From positions 7,626,001 through 7,690,000 of the forward strand of contig NW_027266341.1 in assembly GCF_022045235.1 (NCBI RefSeq): 64,000 bases of DNA. The letters are read 5' to 3'. Made by a program: the position numbers and the translations under genes. This document shows positions 25,301-37,700 of the stretch, piece after piece (position 1 is the stretch's first letter; each line of letters starts with the position of its first letter). Below the pieces are notes generated by a model. The model was not told the DNA's origin. It worked only from the letters and a program-made list of their open reading frames with translations, and did not search any database. This DNA comes from Haliotis cracherodii (lineage: Eukaryota).

Positions 25301-28300
25301 ATAAGGAGTGTGGGGGGTGGTGTGTAGCCTCATTTGGAATATGACAAGATGGCAAATTATTATTGTGATCCAGAGAATCCGCAGTTATACCCAAGTGAGC
25401 ACCAAATAATACCAATATCCAATTTTCCAAATGGACATTTACACATTAGTTTCTCACCGTTTTCACAAAGTAGGCCGTTGAACCCTGCAGGACAGTAACA
25501 GCGATAGGAATCCCCAGATTCGTAGCAAGCTCCACTGTTTTCACAGGGAGCAGAGTTGCAGGCATTCCTCCCTGCAAGATAAGTCCAGTACTGCATGAGC
25601 GTTTGTTATCCATAACACAATAGGGAGATTGATTCACATGCGTCTTATAACTGAAATCACAGGCGGTTAATCTTCCAAAATTTTCGATCTAAAATATGTT
25701 AATTTTTAGAACATGTCCAGGGCAAAGCCCGAACCAGATAGTAAATATATTACCTGAAAAGTTGTCAAGAATAATTCCAGCCAGATACCCATAAGCTTTG
25801 AAGGTTATGAGGCCGTGTACCGTGGCTCCGAATCCTTTCCCGTTACGATGCGCTAAGGTGAGTTCCCCTTGTTCAACAGATTTGGAAGCAGTTGTCATGT
25901 CACACCCAGGGATGTCATGGAAGGAAGACTGTGGCATGAACTCCAAACCAGAGCTGTCATTTTTGGCCACAAATACTGACACATAAGGAACCAGGACATA
26001 CCCAGGGGTACTGGAAGATGTGATCAGATCCAGGACGTACCTGGACGCGTATCTTTCAACCGGGGGCATGATGGCCATGAAAGGATCTCCTTCTAACGCA
26101 GATCCATCAGCAACCTGCCCCTTTGCAAACTGCACCACCATGACTGGCTTGTTGCTTGTGATACATCTGTAATCCGTCTGGGTAAAATCCAAATCCTTAA
26201 AGGTCCTTGCGGACAAGATGTGTCTGGTACCGTCTGATTCGAAGACCACAGTGTCATGCTTTTCAGCAACAATCCGATACACAACACCGCACTGGCGACC
26301 AGCGATGGGGCCCAATGCATACTTCTTCCCGAATGCATACGTGGGGATTAGCATTTCAACGAGATTGTCTGGGAACTCCACCTTCTTTGGAACTTGGGTG
26401 AGAGGATTCCCAGAGAGGACAGCAACTGGTTTAGTTGCCTTGATTAGAGTACCAGTGATGTCTCGATCACAATACACACGCACTATATCCATCATCTGCA
26501 GCCGGAACGTGAGGATCGCTCCCTGCACCAGGCGCGTGCTGTTGCAGCTTGCTGTGGTGCTCAGTGTCACGTTGACAACGGTGTCGTTTTCTGTTGCAGC
26601 GATTATTACATGGCCTGAAAGTAAATGAATATTTTTCACGTCAAAGTTTCAAAGTAAACTATGTAAACTCATTCTCAGGTTTCGTCATGTGGTTTTATAT
26701 CTGTGATATCACTGTAAGTTCTTTTTATATTTGAAACAACAAGAGACAAAATTGATTGCCAAGTGTTCATTTCACTGTTCTGAGAAAGGCATTGTTTATG
26801 TGCCATGAAACAGCATATTGTTCTCACTGGCAGCCTGTGATTCTCCTGTATCACTACCAATGCCCTTGGAAGGCCTAACCAGCACACACTCAGGGTGTTG
26901 CATGGTCACTTCCGTGTTCACACATTACCAAGGCTTTATATTCATGTGCCAATAGAGGAACATTTAGATTATTAAAGAATGGCATGACATGTGGTTAGTG
27001 AAATGTGCAATACACAAAAATAATCAAAACCATACCCAAGGTAAAACGTTTAACTATTCATTGCTTGACATACTAACTATTACCAATGGGGCCTGCATGC
27101 TCCCATCCAGATGTATAACACAGTAGGTTTATCTCCATTCTACCATGACGGCAACAACGCTTTGAAAACTGCGCTCTCTTGTGCACAGGTCCGCAATCTT
27201 AGAACTTTCCGAAAAGTGGTCACAGGTAGTTAAATATGTAACAACTATTACTAAAGTTCAAGATTAAAAACACCATAGTCGTGAGTAAGTCATAATACGT
27301 GTTCAAATAATAAATTGTACACTGTGGACTGACTGTCGTTTTTCGGAATTTTGCGCATTTCTTGGAAATCGAACATGCCATCATTTCTATTGTAGGGGTG
27401 ACGGGTAATAGAAAAAGGTTTTAAAATGCTAAACGAATATAATTCTACAGCAAACTTTATGAATTAACATTCTATTATACATTAAACATGTGTAAGTGTT
27501 ATTAGTTAGTTAGCAATTTCCCCCAGTAAACAATGATAAAATCAAAATAAATGCCTCGATAAATGCCACCCCGAACTTCGAAGTGGCAGAACTTGACCTA
27601 CATCACGGTTACTCACACCTCAAAGCTGTCAATGGCTGACAATCTTGTGTTTATATTCTCCGTAAGGAGTTATAGAATGAAGCAAGATGACAACCCCGAT
27701 CTATGATGTGGTTCAACATTAACAGGTAGATTATCTGGGATTGATCGAGCCTGCTGGTACATCTATATGATTACTGAGTATGACTGAACAGCCGCTTTAA
27801 AGGCTTCAAACGAGCCGGATATTTTGAAACGAGGAATCTGCATGGTGTGACCTATTAATTTCAAGATTTCACGGATCCAAAGCCAAATAGTGAGAGAACT
27901 TAAGACATTTGTGTCCCAGAAATAGTGGATCGTGTATGATTTTCTTAATTGTGCGTGTTCTGAAATGAATTTCATCAAGTTTGATAAGCTGTTACTTCAG
28001 TTGGGACATTGTTTTCGTGGACTTTCGAAGGGGAGTGTTTTCTGATGGACTTTCAAATCCCCTCCTGCCAAATTCTAACGGTGGTGGTTGACGGAGATGG
28101 TAATGGATATCGATCAGAAAAAGAAAAAAACATGTTGTCATGAATAAAGTTTTTTCAAACAATTTTTAGAATGTTATATTTTACTTTCATTGTCGGTTGT
28201 TTCAATGAGGAAATAGTTTAAATTGTTCCGATTCTGGTCACCATAGAACATTTCTCTTACAATTTCATAAACATTTCATTTGTATGCAAAGGATATGCCT

Positions 28301-29971
28301 TCGTTAAATCTTTTAATGTCATAATCGAAGCAGTCAGGGTTGCGGCCTAGAACGCCCCAAACATCCGATATCAAAAAACCGTATTTCCTTTATTTGACGC
28401 TACACCATCTATTAATTTCGCGAGAGCCCTTGATTCGGCGTGTATTAGAGACCTGGCTGGTATTAGAGGAAATAAAGATTAATTTTACAGTTTATATGGG
28501 GGCGATCGATCGGCAGCCATTTTTTATAAATCAATATGTAGGCTTTCTATGTATTCATGCGCACATTTTTTTGTGAAAAGGCTTAATATACATGTATTTG
28601 AAAGGGGTTTCCGTAGCAAAAAGGAAACCTCTTTTTAACCAATCAGAATCAAGCATTCATCAATGTCATGGTAGAATATACAATATAAAACGACTACGAA
28701 CGGTAATGCTAAAAAGGATGTTCACATAAGAACTTCATCGCTTTCCTCCAAGGGAAATAAGGTACACCTGAGGTTAAATAGTAAGTTCGAATAATCCGTG
28801 TTTGGAATTCGTAAGTTCGAATAATCCGTGTTTGGAATTCGTGCCATGTGCCACGCAAATGTGTGTTGTCCCTATTAGGATGCGGCTTAAATAATGTTTA
28901 TAAGCGACATCAAAAAGTCATTCAATCATGCTCACCTCCTGCACCTGCGTGACTGTAATAGGTTACTGCAATGTATTCGTCCGACAGCGTATTTACAGGT
29001 AGAGCCAGAAATCCATCCATTGCATTGTACTGATTCACGTAGCCGTACACTGACACCTTGTTTGATGCTAAGATGTGGATAGCCTTTCTCTCCACCGCCA
29101 TGTTCGAAAACACCGTGGTCTGATAAGGGAAGTAAATATGTCGAGAACTTCCGGCAGAAAGGAAATGTTCAGTGTCATTTTCCCCGTCCATCATAACGTA
29201 GACTTTGACGTCCGTCTCTGACGTGATTACCAGGAGATTGACGTTGTCATTTGTACCGCTGTCGGGAAATGCTACGATGAAATTAGTTCCTTTCTGGTCT
29301 ATTTGTACACCACAAATACCTGAAATATATGCAAAACATATTCATGCACACGCGCGATAGTATTCAGTTAGCATACAATGCAAAGTATGAACAGTATTCC
29401 AGTTATATCATGGCATGTCAGCTTGATACGGGAGTACCTCTCGAAGTGATTCATGCCTCAGACGTTTACCACTTCGGTGAAAACCACGAGCAAGGGTATG
29501 GTACATAAAAACCAAGAAATATAATCAATGTGGTAATTTGCATCACAGTATACAAAATCATTTAGTTATAATGACAAATTGTCACCTCACACGAGGGGAA
29601 ATTAATAAAATTTAATATATTCTGCATTGAATATTAATGTATACAAATTTGTTGAATGATTTGACCCATTACTGAATGACATTCACTTTTTAACAGTACC
29701 AAATGCACCAAAAGCACGAAGGGCTACTCCATGTCATCCGAACTGTGAGTACATGGAGCTATACACCTACCTCGGATAATAGCTTGAAGAACCGACGTAG
29801 CCACAACCATTTGTACCTAAAATATAATTCTAAAAATCAATTTACAAATTGTAAACATATGATAAATTATTGTGAAGAACTAACCAGATATATTAAAACA
29901 GTTATATGAAATGCGTATCAACAGCTTGAAAATTGACACAGACAGAATTCCTAACTTACCAAATAGAACAT
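21523..29971 (-). CDS. Gene A: IgGFc-binding (FCGBP N-terminal-like) domain + 2 EGF + TM type-I membrane protein, ~688 aa, 7 coding exons
   Basis: Exons 29960-29971, 29771-29816, 28936-29319, 25754-26614, 25458-25571, 24746-24862, 21523-22055. All introns are GT-AG, phases are compatible, total 2067 nt = 689 codons. Starts [20 protein letters not shown] (signal-like), then [44 protein letters not shown] (IgGFc_binding motifs). Confidence 0.85.
22250..22517 (-). mobile_element. SINE family C with internal deletion and (CA)n
   Basis: TSD taaagttggcaga. Confidence 0.85.
23370..23960. repeat. 30-bp minisatellite (~19 copies) in gene A last intron
   Basis: ccagacaacaggtagacaaatc[a/g]cactaca. Confidence 0.97.
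24746..24862 (-). CDS. Gene A exon 6, calcium-binding-type EGF domain
   Basis: [38 protein letters not shown] read directly (too short for the ORF track); ctag|AC...G|gtaag. Confidence 0.9.
25458..25571 (-). CDS. Gene A exon 5, EGF domain
   Basis: [36 protein letters not shown]; phase 1-1, 114 nt. Confidence 0.9.
25754..26614 (-). CDS. Gene A exon 4, IgGFc-binding domain core
   Basis: Within ORF 25689-26639; [11 protein letters not shown]...[18 protein letters not shown]...[10 protein letters not shown]...GDPFM...AYGYLAG; canonical splice sites. Confidence 0.92.
28936..29319 (-). CDS. Gene A exon 3, N-terminal part of IgGFc-binding region
   Basis: ttcag|GT ATT TGT...; [13 protein letters not shown]...[15 protein letters not shown]...[15 protein letters not shown]; ends G|gtgag. 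Confidence 0.85.
29771..29971 (-). CDS. Gene A exons 1-2 (29960-29971 MFYL; 29771-29816 [16 protein letters not shown]), signal peptide
   Basis: ATG TTC TAT TTG|gtaagt; tttag|GTA...CGA G|gtaggt. The 46-nt phase 0->1 exon has the same size as gene B exon 2. Confidence 0.65.
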
Positions 29972-31330
29972 TTTGCCGTGTTGTCTAAAGCGCCAATCCG
30001 AGAAGTGTGTTTGTTGCACATTTCATCCTACTTTTGTTCATTACGTGGTCTTTCATCAGTCAAGTGATGCTGGTGTAAATATGTACATATGCCATTTTAT
30101 GATAAATATTGCAATTACCAGAAAAGCTACAGCGAAATACGCTTCCATGTGTGTGTAGTTGTCTGTCAATGTCAGGAGTTGATTACGTCCCCCGAGCACT
30201 GTGTGTTTGTTTTATTGTTGTGGAATCTATATCAAGCTGACATGCAACCGTCATGTGCTGTCATGATTAATGATGCACTGTTATTGATGAAATAATAATA
30301 GCAATATGTACCATTATTGAATTATAACTATAAGCCACTGTACGAATTTCTGTACTGTATTTTGAAATACACCATGAAAATACACTGTTTATCTCAGTGA
30401 AGTGCTCCATATAATGTACATCCATTATAGTCTTCTTAGCGTATTGAATGTGGCTGCGAATTTTTATGAATTTTACACACTAAAACTGATATTATGAAAC
30501 CAATACAACTACCACAATCCAACAACGCTTTCTACACCTGCTACGGCCACAACCCCGCTACTCACCATTTGTCTAAGGCACCACGATTCGCTGTACAGAA
30601 TTGCGTCCCTTAGATATTAGGACCTAAGACATACTTCGCACTTTCCTTCCACATCAAGCTGATACGCCGTGAGATAACTGAAATACTGACCAAAGCGGCG
30701 TTAACCCTAAGTTAACACTCACTCACTCACTCACACATGTGGAATTGATATAGAGTAAATCATACTGATATCCCTTGCCATTTGAATGTGTCTTCACAAG
30801 AAAAACACACAACCCTAACTGATACATGCATGTAAATTAAAACGCAGTAAAATATACATGAACCACATCTGTGTTTATGACACAACAAAATAAACGTCAT
30901 GGAAATCAACTATTGTCATTTAATTTATTTCATGTGCATATAAAATGGCCAGACCTCAATTATTTCCAGAGAAATATGATATTGATCTATACTCATTGAA
31001 ATGAAGAACCATATTGATAACAGGAACAACACTCAACACATCTCTCGGCGTTCGTCCGGCCAGCGTGCCATTGGCGCTTTTTAGATGTGTACATTGCACA
31101 TTGCATGTCAGTTTGTCATTAGCAACTGGCAATATTCCGACGTACTCGGGCAGCTGACAAATTTATGTATTTACCTTTTTGAAGGGAATGGGAGATATAT
31201 TTGCAGAAATTAACACCAGAAAACGATTTTAGGCAATGAGTTCAAATAAATACATTGATAGCCTATCATGCAGAGAGGGGTCCAACACTGAACAATATTC
31301 CTCAGATGAGGGAAGAGACATTTCTCAAAG
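29972..31330. promoter_or_regulatory. Putative bidirectional promoter/5'UTR region between divergent genes A and B
   Basis: 1359 bp between the two inferred ATGs; TATAAAA at 30939; ATAAAATGGC on opposite strands at 30091-30100 and 30940-30949. Confidence 0.5.
30570..30735 (+). mobile_element. SINE family D, internally deleted, in the A/B intergenic region
   Basis: gtctaaggcaccacgattcgctgt...gagataactgaaatactg...(actc)n. Confidence 0.7.
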
Positions 31331-31779
31331 ATGTCTCTTGTTGTTCATCACAGTGTAAGTATACTAGCCATTATTATTAGAGATGCCCATATTTCATATT
31401 TCACAACTGTGTCTTGAATTCAAATTTCGATGTGCTTCTATACTGCATTGATAGATGCTGTTATGAGACGTGCATATTCTTCTGTTATTCAGATTACTTT
31501 TACAAAAATGTATGTTTAACGTCGTATTTATTAAGTTTTATATACTAGGGGCGTATGGCCCCTATGGAGTTCTTGAAATAAATAATAAACTTTGACTGCC
31601 AACTTTCAAATTTCGTGATATTGTGGACAAGAAATGTGCTTGGTGGACCATTTTTACTGTCCCTTATGCCAAACTTTACATTGTTCACAAACATTTTGTT
31701 CCATTTCTTAAACATACCATATTATCTTTGCAGGCAACAATTCTTCTACTGATGTCTTTAATGTTGGAACTTGGAAATG
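31331..31779 (+). CDS. Gene B exons 1-2 (31331-31354 MSLVVHHS; 31734-31779 ATILLLMSLMLELGNG), signal peptide
   Basis: ATG...AGT|gtaagt; ttgcag|GCA...AAT G|gtaagt; hydrophobic leader. Confidence 0.7.
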
Positions 31780-34700
31780 GTAAGTTACATTTGTTTTAGT
31801 ACATAAACAGTGAAATAAATTGTTGCGCCGAATGTAATTGCTTCGTGTATTACGTATTACGTTTGTTAGGCGTTTGCAAACGCCATAATTATTTTCTTCA
31901 TTACATATGTTTCAAATTAAATTACAGGTGGTTTAAACAACAACGGCAAAGAGTTTGTCCTGACCTTCATGGATAGTCTACGCTACAATTATGACCTTGA
32001 ACTTTTCATTGCCACGTCAGAGGAGACGGAGGTCAATGTGAACGTCACGGCCCCAAAATGGCCATTGGCCAATCTAGATCAATCGTTTACAATAAGATCC
32101 GGGGAGGTAAAGCAATTGTTTATATCAAATTCATTGCGAAATATTGGTACAGCTATCTCAGGTAAAGGCATATACGTGTCTGCTGATAATAATATAGTGG
32201 TGTACGGTGTCAATAAAGAGGACTATTCCAACGATGCTTTCCTAGGCTTACCAACTGATGTCCTAGGGAACCGTCACTTCACTGTCAGCTATTCACCGGC
32301 CTTCAGAAAATGTGAAGTTGTCATTGCAGCAGTTGAGGATGACACAAGTATTCGAATCAAGCTCCCTGTATCCGACCCAGCCGTCAGTGTCAACTACCAA
32401 GGACTGCTTTATGGAAATGGGGGCGTGATTAACATTGTCCTGGATCGGTTCAGTACCTTCCAATTTCAAAGTGTAGGCGACTTGACAGGATCTCGAATAG
32501 ACTCAGATAAACCCGTGTCCGTCTTCAGTGGGAACATGAAAACCAATATCGGGACAGGAAGTACCCAAGACCACCTAGTTGAGCAGATACCACCAGTTGA
32601 GGCTTGGGGTAAGCGGTTCGCAACAGTTCCAACCCCTTATAGAACTACAGGGGATTACTTCCGGTTCATAGCCAGCGAGGATGACACTGTTGTGAACGTT
32701 ACAAGACATGGAACCCACAGCTTAGCTAACGCAGGGCAATATCTTCAACTCCTCATACCATCGAATGAATTCAATCTCGTCTCCAGCAACAAGGCTATAC
32801 TGGTAGTGATGTTTGTCCTCAGTCAGTTGACCCAATTTGACGAAGAAGAAGCTGATCCGTCCATGATTCTGATCCCTCCTATACAGCAATGGGCGTCTGA
32901 CTACACATTCGCAACACCTAAGTTTTCATTAGGGTCATATGAGAACTTCTTCATGTTGGCCATCGACTCTGTGGAGACTTCTGGGCTGATGCTGAACGGC
33001 AGGCCAATGGTTCCTGAAGGCAACTGGACGTCAATTCCCGGAACCAATCTTGTAGGCGCCTTCGTGTCTCTTCCAGAGGGGGTACACAGGGTCCGACACA
33101 TCTCCCCTATTGTCTTATTTGCTGGCTACCTGTATGGAAAAGCCTTATCAGAAACTTATGGATTCCCCACAGGGATGAGACTAGCACCAATAAATGCGGT
33201 AAGCACTGAATTGCTTTACAGTAATTTATTCATTTTCACTTTTTCACTATTGTTTTGGGTTTTAGCCCCGGCAGAAAATTGAGACGTTATATATTTATAA
33301 GAGATCCTAGAGATTTCGATGAGTCACAAATTCAAACAAAATTTAGATTTAAGTATTTCAAATCAAATTTACTTCAATGAGCTTAAGAACAGTTGTCGCA
33401 CAAAAATGGAATCATGACGTAAGTTAACCCTGATGCAATCTCGATTTAAAAAACTGATCTCAGTTATATACTTATCATCTTAATTCAGTGACCATTGCGT
33501 GTGATTTCAATGTAACAGTCTTGAACCAGTCCACAGCATTTCAGGACTTACATCAAATATTTTTAAAAATCTGGACTTATTTCGACTCATCGTTATATTT
33601 GAATGCTAACATGATAATTCTTCAACATCAGTTTTGTTAATTATCCATGAGCAAAGGAGCTTACGGACCTAACAATATCTCGGTATAACCGAAAGGCACA
33701 TATCTCGTGTCAGACACATCTGGATTTGTCATCAGTGCGCATGGAATAGGACGACGTATCACTTTAACCGATGTCGTTATATACGGACTTGACTGACTTA
33801 GTTCTGATTACCAGTATTATTTAAAAATATATACTATTTCTTTCCTTTTTGTTTATTGATCCCTATTTGGATATAAAATCACGTTAATATTTTGGACATA
33901 ATATCAGATTCTTATATGTTCTCCTTAACTCCTTGTTCAAAACCATGAAATAATTTTATGTATTGATATAATACTTGGTCTTGGTAATGCTAATTGCTCC
34001 TTCCTATGTTTGGCGTTCTCTGTTTACCAATCCCTATGGAGAAACACAACACAGATATAATATATGATTCATGGTTATGTAAATAAATAATCCTTACTAT
34101 TACAATTTTACCGCAGTTGTGTACGGCAACTTCATCTACGGACGGAGACGGGGTTGACAACGACTGTGATGGTTTCATAGACGAGGAGCTGTGTTTACCG
34201 GGGGATGATGGTAGGAACTTTTGTAAACATACAACTTAGGTAAACAAGTATAGACATATTGAGTGGTATACAGTCAAACCTCGTTGTTACGAACTCGTGG
34301 GGACCTGGAAAAAATCGACTTATCCGGGCTTTCGAGAGGTTAGCAGAATTTTATGCTTAATTCAGATACTTTTGACTCCCAAATGAGTTCGAGACAACCG
34401 TGTATTCGACACATCCAAGTTCAACACAACGAGGTTCGACTGTGGTGCCAATATCTTATATATGAGAATGAGTCAGTGAGTGGTGTTTTACGCCAATTTC
34501 AGCAATATTCCCGCAATATTACAGCGGGGAACACCAGGGATAGGATTCATACACTGTATCCATAGTCGGGAATCGAACACGGTTTTCAGTGAAACGAGCG
34601 AACGCTTTAACCACTAGGCTTCTCCACCGCCAAAGTAATTCAAAACCTACTTTATTTGTCTGTAAACTCAAAGGTAATGAATTAGATCAATCTAGCAGTT

Positions 34701-37700
34701 GATGATTGCCCTAATTGTGTCAATTTGACTAATTTCAATGCCTAGACTCTACTGAAATTTGGTAACAGATCAAGGCGATAGCTCATTTTCAATCCAATTC
34801 GACATATTAACAATAAATAGTCAATCCTAAACAATAAAAGTTAGACCAACGCTGAATTCTGTGTGTGATACGGAACCCTGATAACAATAATCGAGTTTGT
34901 CTTTATTAAACACACAGTTCATTTTGTTGTCATAAAGTACGGGTTCTCAATATTTTCAATATTTCTGTTATCCGGTTATCATAGAAATGCTATTAATGTC
35001 ACGTATATACAATTCTTAGTTTCAAACGTTTCCAATAACGTCATATTACCTCTGACTGTGCGGTGTGAGCGAGTGATATAGTAACAGTTTTTCAGTTAAA
35101 TCACGACGTGGCACCTTACTGGTGGAGGGAAGTCTGCGCGAGGTTCATGTAGGCCGTTGACCATTAAACAACCTAAACAATAGACAGCTACGCCTTTGTA
35201 GACAAGTAAAGTAAAGGGGGACATCCTTGCTTCATGCTGACAGCATGGATAGCATGATGTGCCATCGACCATGACTCACTTGCTTGAGAGCATTGCATGG
35301 ACACAGGAGAACCAATGTCTCTGTCCTTGCTGTATACGAAACTGTTCTGTTATGAAGATAAAACGGAAACACCGATATACTGATATGGTAATGATCTATT
35401 GAAGGTAATTCTACTCCTCGGAAGGGGCGGTCGGGTGGCCTAGTGGTTAAAGCGTTCGCTCATCACGCCGAAGACCCGGGTTCGATTCCCGACATAGGTA
35501 CAATATGTGAAGCCCATTTCTTGTGTCCCCCGCCGTGATATTGCTGGAATATTGCTAAAAACGGCGTAAAATCATACTCACCCACTCTACTCCTCGGTGG
35601 TCATAATCCATTATCTTTGTGTGGATAGCGACTTTGGCCTATACCGAAGTTATATAAATGATATTGTGGATTCATTATAACCGGAACTAATCTTCATATG
35701 AAATAGATGATGACGACATGGATGGTTACCTGGATGAGGACTGCGCCAAAACTATTCCAGGTAAATGTTTTCAAATGTTAAAATGACTTCAAGCCGATTT
35801 CTCCAAATGAAAGGTATAAGGACCCGTTTCAGTCAGCAAGATGTCAAATTGCATAATTTAAGAATGAGCAAAAGTGCAGAAATTTTACATCGCGAATTCG
35901 AATAAGAAGAATGGGATATAACAACAATGTTCAACATTTGCAAATTTTGGACATTCAACAACATGAAATGTCGAGGTAAGGATGAAATATAAAATACTAT
36001 AATTAAAAAGGACAAATAAGCTTATTTTAGGGGTATTATTAGATTCTTACTTGTGTAGATTTTAGAATTTCTCTCGATGAGATATCGTCTCTTTTAACTC
36101 ATTTAAGCCATTTCTTGTGTCAGTCATTTGAACATGCTCAATAAACGTCATAACAAAGGTTCTCTTAATTTTGAAGTTTGACATTTCCAGCATGCCAAAA
36201 CGGGCCCGTATCACATCCTATGTTCCTGGAGGCCTAAAGACGCCGCCTGTGACCTGTGGGAATATTTTGACATTGATAAAAGGGTCGAATACTTTGAGAC
36301 GTGCGCCAATTGAATTGTAGTATTTATACACTCCGGTTCGTTAATGGTTTATAATGTAAAAAAAATCCATATTCTGATTTTGACATTGGTCAATGTTTTA
36401 TTTGTTTTGTAAAAGTTGAACAGAATTCAGATTTTAATGTTTTACCTTTCACCGTGCGAAGATATCGGTTATGAATAATTTCAAGTACATTCACATTGTG
36501 TAGTCTTAAACATAATCATATCAATAAATGAACCGATTTATGGACTACATTAGCATAGAGCTCTCACAAAGAGGTCATTGGAGGTAAGAAAATAATTATG
36601 TGTGCGGTGAGGGTGGATGCGTTCAGTGTGTGAAAAAAGCACCCTAAACATTATTTTCAGTATATTTACCATGTATTTTAATGTCGCGTTGTCGCGCTTT
36701 AAAAAAATGAAGCAAGTGTTAGTTTTTGCTCCTTAATGTGGAACGAAAAATAATTTCACAATTCACAATCGATATACAATTTGAACGTAAAAACTAGATT
36801 TCACAGATTCTCACACACAAATACAGGATACCAGGCAATCCTTTATCCATCCATCCATTTTAATCTCCGAATTTTTGCCATCAATGTCAAATTACCTTTA
36901 CAAGCGGTGACAAATGGTGCACGTTTGTGTGCCGTTGTTTTAAAACTGTGATGCTTCGACTTTTTCTATGGGCCTAACGGATTCGACAATCTGTCCTTGC
37001 TTCCACACAGTTGACGGTTTCTGGTCTGACTGGGGTGCGTGGGGAGACTGCAGCCAAGACTGTGGGGAGGGGATGCAGACCCGTACAAGATCGTGTGACG
37101 CTCCCGCCCCAGCCTTCGATGGTCAACCGTGTGCAGGAGACAATAACGACACTCAACTATGTGTAATCTCTTCCCCGTGTTACAATTCGGCATTAGGTAA
37201 TATAACCTGCGTTTAAACACTAACTTTATTGCACCGTTTTTCAGTGAAACCCTAATCGTCAGGACTAACACATGCCAGCATTAACGAATCGTTAGTTAGT
37301 CCCCTCAGTAAATACATAATACCTCCTAACAACATACTGATTTTTCCACATAAATATAAACCGACCTAACGGGATTTCTATGCATGTTAAGTACATATAA
37401 GTCATTAATTTTGGACTGGTATGATACCAGGTTTGACGTTTGGAGATAAATGACATCGTTCAGTATTTACCATATCTGCTTTTTCTGGACACCATCATAT
37501 CTTTTGTGATATACATTACTCTAAAGAAGTACAAGAACATCTGATTCCTTCATATGACGATACTTAATCAGTCATGGATTATACATAGGAAAATGAAAAG
37601 ATCGGGCATAACAGATTAACTATTATATTGATAGAATCCGGTGTTCTTTAACTTCTTTGAGTAGAAAACCATAACCTGCAACGAAACTTACCAGCTTTAC

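Noticed and set aside
26075-26100. GDPF in gene A as an FCGBP-type GDPH autocleavage site
   Set aside because: It aligns with ADPSM in gene B, a normal IgGFc-domain motif; no VWD domain is present.
26218-26628. Antisense ORFs overlapping real exons (also 39800-40132, 47763-48104)
   Set aside because: Shadow ORFs of true coding exons on the opposite strand.
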